Of a DNA stretch of 64,000 bases, positions 52,670 to 64,000 are shown one piece after another. How positions within the stretch are numbered: the stretch's first letter is position 1; each line of letters starts with the position of its first letter. This DNA comes from Phoronis australis (taxonomy: Eukaryota > Animalia > Phoronida): positions 18,121 through 82,120 of the forward strand of contig NMRA01000974.1 in the NCBI GenBank assembly GCA_002633005.1, given 5' to 3'. The translations under genes and the position numbers were made by a program. The notes under the pieces are model-generated. The model worked only from the letters and a program-made list of their open reading frames with translations. It was not told where the DNA came from and ran no database searches.

Positions 52670-54395
52670 CTGGCAATTAACAAAAGAAAGATTGGTATCA
52701 CAATGCCTCTGAAAATCGGTGTAGACAAAAAGAGAAAAATTATGAAACTCAATTACTGGAAAGTATTTCTAAGAATATGAATAACCCAAATGAGTTTTGG
52801 AAAATGATCAAATTTAGTACGCAACCTACGAGGTGCAAAGCCACGTCTATTACACCACAAAAATGGTATGATTATTTTAAGAGTCTGTTAAACCAAGAAG
52901 TGCCTGTTAGCCATTCACTCTTGAATACTGTCGTCGATAGGCAAACTAGTCATGATGGCTGCTGTGAAAAGTTTACCCACAACAAACAACATGATTTAAA
53001 TGCAGACATTACGTGTTCTGAAATTACCCAGAATATTGATCAGCTCCAATATGGCAAGGCCGCTGGTATTGATGGAGTTACTTTTGAAATGTTAAAATGT
53101 ACCAAAATATTCATTTTGCCGATTCTGCATCAGTTGTTCAATGTGATTTTTCCAGTCGAGTTTCTATACCCAGGCTTGGTGTGATGCGATGTGAATTCCG
53201 TTGTTTAAACAAGGTAACGTGGACGATGAGAATAATAATATTATAGAGGTAATTCGCTTCTGTCGGCTTTTGGGAAACTCTTAACCAGAATACGGAATAA
53301 CCGATTGTATAACTGGGCTGAAAGTAATGGTCAACTTTTTGAAGCTCAAGCAGGGTTCCGCAAGGGTTGCACGACTGTAGATCATATATTTGCTTTGTAT
53401 GCGATATGCCAGAAACACATAAGCAAGAAGTGTGACAGGTTCTATTGGACACTTATTGACTTTTCAAAAGCTTTTGGTCGAGTACCACATATTCTACTTT
53501 TCTATAGACTTTTAATATGCAAATTAATGTCCATGGTAATATGTTATCAACTCTGCAATCAATGTATAGCAAGTTGAGATCACGTGTTAAACGTGATGGT
53601 TTTTAAAACAGACTTATTTAATTGCACTACTGGTACTCGTCAAGGCTCTATGATAAGCCCTCTGCTATTTGTTTTGTATCTCAATGAGATTTAGAAAAAA
53701 TCAATTCACCTAGTGATATAAATAACATCTACTTAGATGAGCATCATGCTACAAATATTAATTCCCTATTATATGCAGATGACATGGTTTTGTGCTCTCT
53801 AATAGCGTCTAACTTGCGACGTATGTTGAATTGTCTCAATGATTATTGTGATTCATGGAGTATGGCTGTGAATTTAAAGAAAACCATGAAAATAATTGTA
53901 TTTAGAAATGAAAGTCCCTTAAGACATTATGAGAAATGGTTTTTAACAAACAGCAAGTTGATGCTGTATCTCATTATAAATATCTTGGTGTTTATATCAC
54001 ACCTAAATTGTCATGGTCGAAAAAGCGACAAAAACTCTCTTGTCAAGTAAGTGACGCTGCATCACGCGCTTTGAAACTACAGCGCAGATGTCGCGACGTA
54101 CCCCCATCACTTCCCTTTCAGTTATTTGATAAACTGATGTACTCAACATTGTGTTATGGTGCTGAGATTTGGGGTTTTAAAGAATACAAGTGTTTAGAAA
54201 AAAAATTGTAAATGGACCTTGGGACTTGGCAATTCTTGCTCTGACGCTGCAGTATTGGGTGAATGTGGCAGAAAACCTATGTTTACGAGATACTTTGTTG
54301 CTGTATTAAATACTGGTTTGAAATTTTGAATATGCCACAGGAACGTTATCCAAGGGTCGCTTACAACATGTTGTACAGACTCATTGAAAATAGTA
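52670..54395 (+). mobile_element. Decayed non-LTR retrotransposon ORF2 (RT)
   Basis: Reads GKAAGIDGVTFEMLK, NNYRG, QAGFRKGCTTVDHIF, IDFSKAF, GTRQG..ISPLLF, LLYADDMVL, YKYLGV and YGAEIWG, with stops and frameshifts. Confidence 0.92.
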
Positions 54396-55369
54396 GACCA
54401 TAGACATCACTTAGACCGGGCGCGTGCTACTCAGGTGGCACTGAATAGTTAGGCTGCGGCCGCGGCCAATTTGCACTGCCAAAATATAGAAATTTTGGGG
54501 TAGGCCAAGTTTGGGGGCATTTTGTTGGTGGACATTGCACGTAGGCTCAGTGAATGTGGTTTGTTTGTATTTGTGAACATGCTGTGAATAAAAAAGGCCA
54601 CTTTCTTGGCTGTAGCTGCACTCTTCTTCAAGATGGCGGCCCCCGGCTGCAATTGTGCATTGTTGGGTAGCGACCGAGAAATTGGCTGTGATTTTAGGTA
54701 GCCCTCAAACAAGCAAGAATTGCCAAAAAACTAGTTGGTTGACAGTACTTTTGGACCACATTTTCTGAATCGGTAGGAAATTTGCTTTCAGACTCTAAGT
54801 TTGGTTTTAGTCGTGCATCGGCAGGGAAGTGGTGTTTTTCGGGTGAAAAGTGCCGATTTTGCATTTTTTTGCCCTTATTTTTCTTAGTCTAGCTTGGTTG
54901 TCAGTGGGAATGAAATGGTCAAAAATACAAGAAAGAATAAAGTTTCTGTGCTCATCTGCTGGGCTTTTTATGTGAAATAATTGAAAACATGCCATTCTTT
55001 GCATCCTGTTTTTGACAGAGTGAAGAAAAGGTTACAAATCAAGTGATGTGTGTTTTGCTAGGCAAAACCCAGTGAGAACTGTTCTGTGCCTCCTCAGATG
55101 CATGCAAATAGCGTTGTCAATATGACGCCATATTGGAGAGTGTTACACATGATAAAAATGGTGGAAAACACTGGGAGCCCTACGGCATCAGTCAGAAAAT
55201 CGGCGGGCTCGCAGTGTTATTCTTGGAGCCAAAGAGTTAAGTTTTTTGGTCCTGCCTTTAAGTCATGGGTTTTTTGGTTCGGCCATGGAGTTTAGAGGTG
55301 CTGCCATTAGGTTTTTATGTTCTGCCACCATAATTTAAGCGGAGTGATTATGCGTTGTTTCCATATCAG

Positions 55370-56250
55370 TCTTGTATATAAATTGAAATCTTATCTTCTT
55401 CTTCCAGATATCAAGTTAATATGTAATTCACTTGTCCTCCCACATTTAAACTATGGCTTTGCAACTTGGGGTTTTGGCAACACTAAGAAACTCCACACAG
55501 CCCAGAAGAGAATCCTTCAGAATAAATCAAATTCCACTTATAATGCTCACTCTCTGCCCATATGTAAGGAACTTCGCCTCCCTTTACTCCAAGACATCTT
55601 GAAAATCTCAACTGCAAAATGTTATTACAAATTCCTCAATTATCAGCTTCCTAAGTATTTTTAAACTAACAACTTCTTTAGCAAACCCATCCAATATCAA
55701 CCAACCAGACACATTAAAACTCCTTCATACTTGAATCAATACACAGCTGCTATTCCGACAATACAACCCAAAATTTTAATTCCTCCGTCCAACAAATTGT
55801 CATCAAGAGCCTGCATTAGATTTGAAATTCCTCGCCTTATAAACAACAACGAAATACCAGTCTCTGTTCTAAAAATAGTAAAAACACATTCTTTGCAAGC
55901 ATTCTCTAGGTTCTTAACCAGTTTTAGTATTAGCAACTACGATCCAGTTTGTCATTTGCTTCATATGTAACAGTATCTAATTGTATTCCCAAAATCTCCC
56001 TGAGCTGTGTCCACTTGGTTCCTGGCGTGTCGGTCGTTTTCAGCGCTAATTCACTTAGTTTTCTTAAGTATGTTATATATATGGCTTCCTCACCTATTCC
56101 TATTGATTTTTGCATTTCTATATATTTATTTTGTACAGGGGACCTATTTGTTAGCGGTCAATAACATTTAGAAGGCCTCCTAATTGAAATTGAATTATGT
56201 AATCATTGTAATATTATATCTTAATGTAAATAAAGTGTTTCTCACTCTCT
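55370..56250 (+). mobile_element. 5'-truncated LINE (L2/Crack-like) 3' end with UTR
   Basis: Reads LKSYLL...CNSLVLPHLNYGFATWG...QKRIL...YNAHSLPICKELRL, similar to 27350-27700. Ends with AATAAA and a short tctc tail at ~56229-56250. Confidence 0.8.
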
Positions 56251-58340
56251 CAATTGAAAGTGCCGGAGCGCGTTGTGTCCATGATCTCGTTTCTCATTTG
56301 CTGTCCTTGTCGTGGGGTCACTTGTACTTCGTTTTCGCCCCATAAGCCTTTTACGCGACTAATCATTTAATGGCCCAGCAACGTTCAAGTTGACTGTGCT
56401 AATCGTCTTCGGTGGTATTTTCTTGCCATTACCTCACCATGTAAGTTTGGAATATCATCGATTTACTTGTATACTTATTTGTTGGTTTGCAGCGCATGAT
56501 GGTCATCGCATTTAGGGAAGAAGGCGCTATTTTTTTATTTAATTCCATTTCATTTATGGCAATTTCACCATCGCAGCGCATTTTTTCTTTGAGCCTCTCC
56601 TCAACTGTGTGGCAGACTGAAATGACTTGTGACTTGCGAAAAATGTAGTATAGGAAACCATGGAAAACTTACGAGGATATATGTCTACTGTTATCTCATC
56701 ATAGGCAGTGTTTGAATTCGTTCGAAACTGAAAAGTCGATGAAATGCACATTTCTCTTGATTTGAAAACCAAAATCAGCTTTGTTCAGTAATGTCGACAT
56801 GCAGCCAAGTACAGAACGTATATATTGTTTTTGAGTTCGTTTGCCTTATAACTTGGCGAGTTATATCAGTTTGCATAAGAATGATCCATAAGTAATACAC
56901 CAAAGGTTTAGGTGACTGACCGCTACAGTTCTTTTTCCAGGTGTAAAAACATGCTGAAGTTCAACAGAAATATTGCTGCAGTATTGTATTTAACCAATAA
57001 CTGAATTCAAATTTTACTTGTGGAGAAACAGGGTTATTTTAGAAAAACGTATCTGTGGCTTCATATCTATGGATCAATGTTGATGGTCATCATTTTGTGT
57101 CTACCGTTCATGCATTCGCAGGTTTTTCTAGATTTTTACATGCTTTACTAGCTCTGCTTTTGCTTGTGTTTAATCCCCTCCAGTAGTGGACCTGTTTCAT
57201 TCACTTTTTTGTTATAAAAACCTAACAGCTACCTTTTTTGTTTCTACTGCCAATAAAATCAGGAGGAAATACGTCATTAAAAATGATTTGTGGATATTTT
57301 GAATATGTAATAACCTTCCAAAGAAGGTAGGTTTCTCATTATTACAAGGATACAACGGAGGTACACAGCCACATGTGCAGGTTAGCGTAAAATAAGTCCA
57401 ACAAACCCATTGATACAATATTTATAATTTCAAGAATAGAACATTTACGAAAACGTTTTCAATATAGTACCCCGACCCAGGGTATTTCGTTTCCTTTCAT
57501 AAGGCCCTCTTCCGGTCTGAGCGGAGCGTCGACGCAAACTGCGAAGTTAACTTATCCGTTCAAATACCCAGATACCGGCTTCGGTGGTTAACGGACATCG
57601 AATTAAGCATCGCGTGCACGCTAAGATTTTTTAATTTAGCAATTTGGGAGCATGTGCTAAGTGACATAAAACTTAGTTCTAATTCGATTAGTGATTATTC
57701 CAGAAAAATATAAGCAACTATTAGCGATGACACAGCCCTGTAGTAGTTCGCGATAACAGAGGCCCCTGGTGATAACTTCGATTAGATCGAAGTTGACCGT
57801 TCATTGTACTGCACCGCAGCGTCGACGCTCGCTGTTACAACTACCAGTATACTACGAAGTTAACTGCCGCAGTTAAGTTCCATCCAGGACCGAAGTAACC
57901 GTTCATACTGACAGCAACTACCCAAAGCATCGACGCGCAGACATTAGTATGAAAGGACCTTTTACTCAATATTGAATAACTGGCATTAAACTGGTTCTCA
58001 AATGTACGCACGTAATAATTGAATAGTCAGACATAACCTGTGCCCTATGCCCGTTATTCAGTGAAGTGTCTTTGTATTGTAAATTTCATGTTGATGGATG
58101 TGCACATTTAGGGCGAATAAATGTTATCCGTAATTACATACGAACATCTCCTATTGAGAGATAATTTGTGACTGAGTGCGATTTTCAAATGCATAATTTA
58201 GGCTACTTTTACTGAGTGCCGAATGGTTTCAGTTTGCATTCTTCCCAAAAACCACCATGAAAACAAATACTTGAAACACTATGCCGTTAAATCAATGCAG
58301 GGTAGTTGTGAACAAAAACATTCTCTTGTACAATGCAAAG
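56250..58340 (+). repeat. 2.1-kb direct repeat, copy 2
   Basis: Colinear with 49733-51942. It ends where a caggcccgtagccagggg MITE end begins at 58341. Confidence 0.93.
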
Positions 58341-59729
58341 CAGGCCCGTAGCCAGGGGAGTTCGAACGGTTCGATCGAACCCCCCGCGGAAAAGGTCCAG
58401 CCCCAACCTCTCCGTTAAAGCTAAGATATAGATGCACAACGGGAACAAAATTGTTGCAGCTACTCGTACTACAACTGCTGTCAATGGTGCACAGTCTTGC
58501 AGATTTCGTACGAGCAACAAACATCATTGAGAATGTTTCCAAGGTTACATGCCACTATTCCGAGGATTCAGTACTTCAAAGGTTCACTACTCTGAAGGTT
58601 CCCCACTCCGCAGGTTACCTTTGAAAATTATTTACTTCGAACGTTCACAATTCCGAAACCAGAATTCCGACAGTACGTTACTCTGATTGTCTGCTAATGA
58701 GTCGGAATTGACATGAATAAAGTTTTTTTTATTTGTGTCTATTTAGTGACCATTTTAAGGGTGTACTGTATTATATAGTTTTATAGTTATTTAAGCATTG
58801 ATTACATTGTTTACAAATGGGCTTAGTTCCAATTACTGCCAATCGTGATTCTTGAATCTAAGTATCGACTCCTTCTCAAGCAGGGACAACAGTGGTTTTA
58901 AATTTTATGTGACTGAATGAGACTCTCTGACTTTGTGAAGACTGACAGGACAAGGTAGTCTACTAACTACATTTAGTTTCGGCAAGGTTATGCGCGAGAT
59001 TGAGGTGGGTGAGGTTGAAGGGCAGTGGTCCTAAACCTTTCAGTCGGCAATGAAATGACGCGACATTGACACGGATTTGATATATGTATCATGGTTGATA
59101 ATTCATCAATATTCCTACTTCATTCTCTTTTACATAGACTATCATGTAATCCTGTTACCTCTGTTGTGAAATATTGAGTGTATACTACGCATGTAAAAAA
59201 CGGAACAGCTTGTGTATTGCTGAATAGTGAGCATAGCACCCCAATGATATTGGTTATTTGTTTGTTGTACTTTGAGCCGATGACCAAATGTACAAATAAA
59301 GAAGAAAAAAATCGGTGTAGTCTGGAATACGCACTAAATGGTAGTTAGTTGTAATGTGCCGCGTTTACACGAGAGACAGTTGACCCGGCGAAGCTCACAC
59401 GGAACAGCTGCTCCAGTGCAAGTGTGTGTGCAAACAAGACTGACAGCGATCGAGCCAGTGACACCACGCGGCGACCAGTTTTTTGACACCGGTTAGACAG
59501 GTAGAGCGAGTTACACTCGATCAGTTGCTTCAGTGTCAACTACATGTCTAATTAAGTGCCGTTTACACTACAAACCTTGACTCAGACCACCTGAAACGGA
59601 ACGAGATGTTCCAGTGTGTAAACGGGACTGACACGCAGCAAATTTACACCGCAGTGACATCTTTTGCCACCCGTTTGTGAGGTGCGGCAATGTTGCGCTC
59701 AACATCTTGCTCTGTGTCAGTCATATGTC

Positions 59730-60808
59730 TAGGCAATGACCATCGCCTCTGTTGGCCCGAAGCAGAGGCGATGTAGAGGCTATAGGCGCTATGTACGCCG
59801 GAAGCTTTTCGGCGAATTATGCCTCGCACCGACTAAACCATCAAAGTCACGTTGTTATAAATACCTTTTGCGCATAGAGGAACACCTTAGGAGATTGTCG
59901 ATGTGTTTAAGTTCTTCCAACTCGAACAAATACTCCCGTTATAAAACTTTTTCTTCGAGCAGTCCGTATTTCAGTTCCCAAAATCGTGAAATCAAAATTT
60001 TCATTTTTTTAACCAGGCCGAAGGTCAGAAGTTGCGATCCTATCGGCGAACTTTGAAAGCTGAAGTTCCCGCCCTTTGCGTACGTGCTGCCTGGAACCAG
60101 CCGTGCATTTGCCGTGTTGTTAAACATTAAAATGTCAAATATGTGCACAAAGACTTTTAAATGTCATATCAACAGCATTTATTTTATCAAATACAAACAA
60201 TAATTCATTGAAATACAAACAGTTTCAAGTAACGCCAATTAAAGACAAGTATAAGTGGTGGCATTTTGGAAACGAACATTTGACTGACAAGACCGCAATG
60301 GCTCACCTTTGGCCTATTTAAAAATTATTGAGGTTATGAAGTCACATCACCTAGCGAGCGCGGTAAAAGTTGGAGCGTGCGCAGTNTTAAAGACAAGTAT
60401 AAGTGGTGGCATTTTGGAAACGAACATTTGACTGACAAGACCGCAATGGCTCACCTTTGGCCTATTTAAAAATTATTGAGGTTATGAAGTCACATCACCT
60501 AGCGAGCGCGGTAAAAGTTGGAGCGTGCGCAGTACAAGAAATTTGATTTCACGATTTTGGGAACTGAAATGGGGACTGATCGAAGAAAAAGTTTCATAAC
60601 GGGAGTATTTGTTCGAGTTGGAAGGACTTAAACACATCGACAACCTCCTAAGGTGTTCCTCTATGCGCAAAAGGTATTTATAACAGCTTGACTTTGATGG
60701 TTTAGTCAGTGCGAGGCATAATTCGCCGAAAAGCTTCCGGTGTACAGAGCGCCTATAGTCTCTACATCGCCTCTGCTTCGGGCCAACAGAGGCGATGGTC
60801 ATTGCCTA
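59730..60808. mobile_element. Mutator-like (MULE) non-autonomous element with ~270-bp TIRs and 9-bp TSD
   Basis: 59730-59997 is the reverse complement of 60541-60808 (TAGGCAATGACC...GGTCATTGCCTA). The TSD tcatatgtc is exact at 59721-59729 and 60809-60817. Confidence 0.88.
60239..60533. other. Probable assembly artefact: exact 147-bp tandem duplication separated by a single N
   Basis: 60239-60385 is identical to 60387-60533, with N at 60386. Confidence 0.85.
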
Positions 60809-61279
60809 TCATATGTCTAAACGCGAAACTGGGGCAAGGCGGAAAGAATCATCTCTTCTGCGCTTGTGCAATGACCTACATACGGCGGGTTTTCTGTCTC
60901 TGCAACTCCTGGCGTGTCTTCAGTAGACGCTAGGACCTACGCTAGGACCTAGCTAAAACCTAGGCAAAGTCACGTGTTCTCATTTAAAATATACGGCAAT
61001 TTCTCACGTAATCTCGCGAAATCTTGCTTTTTAGCGAGGTCCTAGCTTTACTGAACCGAAAGCCGCTATTTGAAAACCTGCGCATGTGCATTCCACTCTC
61101 CAGCGTACAATGTCCGTCTTGCCACAGTTAACGTTGTTCTGAATGCAATGAAATAATTTTTGAGGATCTAGCAGGTTTCAGAATAAAATGCTTCATGGTT
61201 AACAATACTTCTGTTTTGAATATCATAAATAATTAGCTGCACAAGCGAAGTATTCTCGTATAGACATAAATAATTTCAG

Positions 61280-64000
61280 GGTCTACAAGTTCACGTGTAG
61301 CTACATGAGGCGCGAGGTGTCGTCTGTTGAGCTATGGAAGGCCGTTTTGGCAGAGTTCCTGGGAACTTTCATGCTGATATCCTTCAACATGAACAACGGC
61401 ATGAACAAAAACACAGATGGATCACCAGGTGAATAATGTTTCACAACTTACATTGAAGAAATTTCGTTTGTCAAAGATAGTAAAGTGCCTTAGGTCTGTA
61501 CCATGTCTGAACACACCTTGCAGTTGTACCAGTTAAAAAGGCGATAAACCCGCTTTCCATCACACAAACAACTTATAGAGTATTTCAGAGCTTCTGCAGA
61601 ACTGGCATTTCGTTACTGCTTGAGACTAGGCTGTGCAAGTGGGCTTGCTCTGGCGTGCCAATTTATGGACTAAGTATGATTTAAAGTAGTAACGAACTTT
61701 CAGTTCCTTGCAAATCCAGAAATGACTTCTCATCAGAGTGAGAAACAGGTTGAAACCAATTTTGCTGCGGAAAGTGTGTGAAATCAAAGCGTTCGCTTGG
61801 ATGTCACTTTAAGACTGCCCTGCTAGCTGCCGCACTAGATTCCCTATACGAGCTTGCCGAGAATGGAGAATACACTAACACCAGCTATCACGTGATCTGT
61901 ACTGAAATGTATAGGCACCTAAAACTGACATTGATCTAGAAAACAGTTTGATCATTGACACATTTGCAAACATTCAGTACCCAGATATGGGGTAAGGCTG
62001 TCATTCAGCAAGTGTAAAATCCACACGAACTCCGTATAGCGATGGCGAGATAGTCACGTGATCATGAAATGGCTCCTACCGGGCTATTCAGGTCAAGTAA
62101 TGGAAAGTCGTCTATAGGTGATGATAAATATTTGAAAAATTTGTAATGAAAAACCCTTGTCTTCTAGGATTTTAATTGTTGCAGATTTAAGATTTGCGTT
62201 GGGATGTGGGATGGCGCTCTTAGTTCTGATCGAATGCTTCGTTCATATCAGCGGAGGTCACATGAACCCGGCCATTAGTGTCTCATTCCTCATAACACAC
62301 AGAATTTCAGTGTTGAGAGGTAATACCTGTGTTTAGAAATCTTGTTTGCAAACGTTGAACACCATTCTGGACAGGTGATTTTCTTTCTCAATAAAGAGCT
62401 TCCGTTGTAGGCTACTTTTTAGCAACCGTAGTCTAATGATATTTATAAGTTCAAGAAATTTTTACCCTAAATAGAGTGCCCATGATAACTCTGTGGAAAG
62501 TTAAGAAAACAAAGTGGCCATTCCATTTTAAGCTAAATTAAAGTAATTGGTTCTAATATGTTACCAATAGACTAATCATCCTAGTATTGAAATGTTTGTT
62601 TGTTTGATAAATGTGTGAAATAACAGAAATATCTAATGTTTTCAGCATTTCTGTACATAATAGCCCAAAGTGTGGGCTCTGTTGCAGCTGTCCTGTCTTG
62701 GTCAAAGTAAGTCGAATACTTTCTTTAACTAAGGGCTCTGTCACCCAAAGTAGATCTCACTACGTGCCCAAGAAATTTCGTACCCAAGAAATTTGAAACA
62801 ACAAACGTTGAAACAACTTGTTGACAATCTTTGTAAGACAGTGTTTTAGGAGGGAGGAGTGAGGCGGGGTGCAGGGTGAGAAGGAGGGATGGTGAGAGGG
62901 AGGGAGGAAGGAAAGGAATAGCAAATTAATTAAGCTCAAACTTAAGTTGTAAATTAACTAATACATGGAATGGAAGAAAAAACAAGGCATTAAAAATGCA
63001 AAAAAATACAAACTTAAAGGCAAAGTTAGAACATCTCAGGCACAGTGCAATTTTATTGTTTTCACAGTATATTACAGGTGTTTTGAGCAACACGGTCTCG
63101 GACGTTCAAATAAAGAATTTGGTGCGACTGAACTGAGCCTTTAAGAATTTTGTACGTGTAGTATTAGGACTTACGTGTCTCCTCCCCTCCCCTAAGCAGA
63201 CTGACCATTTAATTAGAATTAGTGGCGGTACACGCATCATTTGTCTTGAACATAAGTTTACTTATTCAAACAAAACCCGATTTTGAAAAATAATTTGAGT
63301 TTATGGTGCTTGACGCGAGTAATGATTCAGTGATGAAATTTGTTAAAAATGAACTGCCAAATCCACGCAAAATTCACCAGAAAATAAAGGATTATAAATT
63401 TTTCAAGAAAGAAGATACTCCGAAAGCTAATATTCTGTAGTACAAATATATTATCAAAGTTATTGCTTACCCATTCTCCAGGTGTTTCATGTTATTCACA
63501 AACAATAACCCTTAATGGGTTGACCCAATAACCTAATAGACACCTCTTTATTGGTTTGCATTTCTATTTTTACTCCTTGAAGGTATGCCTTTATGTCAAG
63601 ATTTTATTATATAGAGACCGTGCTGTTTGTTTTCGTATTAAAATTGAATGTTGCCATTGCATTGATTTGAGCATGCCTAAGAGTACAAATTCGACCTTGG
63701 GTGTCAACCTTTTGCTCTTTATTTGTGATTCGCGTACACTAACTCATATAATAGCAATTCTTGTTATTGTTGTGTACCTTTACAAAAACATAAAATAACG
63801 TTGTTGTTTAACCTTGTGTTGATGTCTGTCATTTGTGTACGTGCGTGCGTGCATGCGTGTGTGTGCATATGATATTAATCCGAAAAAATAGTATCATATT
63901 AATTGATTATGAAATATTCTGTCACATTTTTCAGTTCGCTCGGCGAGCCGTTTGCCAGCACCATTGGTGGGCCGTCACTGCATCCATCCATCAGTTTGGT
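61280..64000 (+). CDS. Aquaporin (MIP family), 5' part; continues past the window end
   Basis: Exons 61280-61428 (ATG at 61305; ELWKAVLAEFLGTF), 62185-62319 (HISGGHMNPAIS...RISVLR), 62646-62706 (FLYIIAQSVGS) and 63935->64000 (SLGEPFASTIGGPSLHPSISL) all have AG/GT sites and consistent phases. Confidence 0.9.

Noticed and set aside
49733-58340. LTR retrotransposon interpretation of the direct repeats
   Set aside because: The interior RT is non-LTR type, and no PBS/PPT, integrase, TG..CA termini or TSD were seen.
59736-60802. Two paralogous 106-aa ORFs (MTIASVGPKQ...) as genes
   Set aside because: They are the two TIRs of one element read in opposite directions, with no recognisable domain.

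Overview
This is eukaryotic, AT-rich animal genomic DNA with GT-AG introns and many transposons. The gene and repeat content suggests an invertebrate (inference). Five protein genes can be assembled by hand. (1) TP53RK/Bud32 kinase (-, 2 exons) lies head-to-head, 282 bp away, with (2) an intronless FITM2/FIT-family gene (+) whose frameshift falls on an assembly N. (3) A coiled-coil protein with a C-terminal death-like domain (-, at least 3 exons). (4) A PhyH/EctD-type 2-oxoglutarate Fe(II) dioxygenase (-, at least 8 exons over 11 kb). (5) The 5' part of an aquaporin (+). The rest is dominated by mobile DNA. Helentron/HINE-like elements carry internal arrays of CTCF-like motifs, and one copy is nested in the TIR of another transposon. 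There is also a TTAA-flanked Kolobok derivative with convergent THAP-like and P2X7/KolX-like remnants, a Mutator-like element with a 9-bp TSD, several MITEs, decayed LINEs, minisatellites, a 2.2-kb direct duplication and assembly artefacts at N bases. No rRNA, tRNA or CRISPR array was seen. All calls come from reading and translating the sequence by eye; no database search was run.
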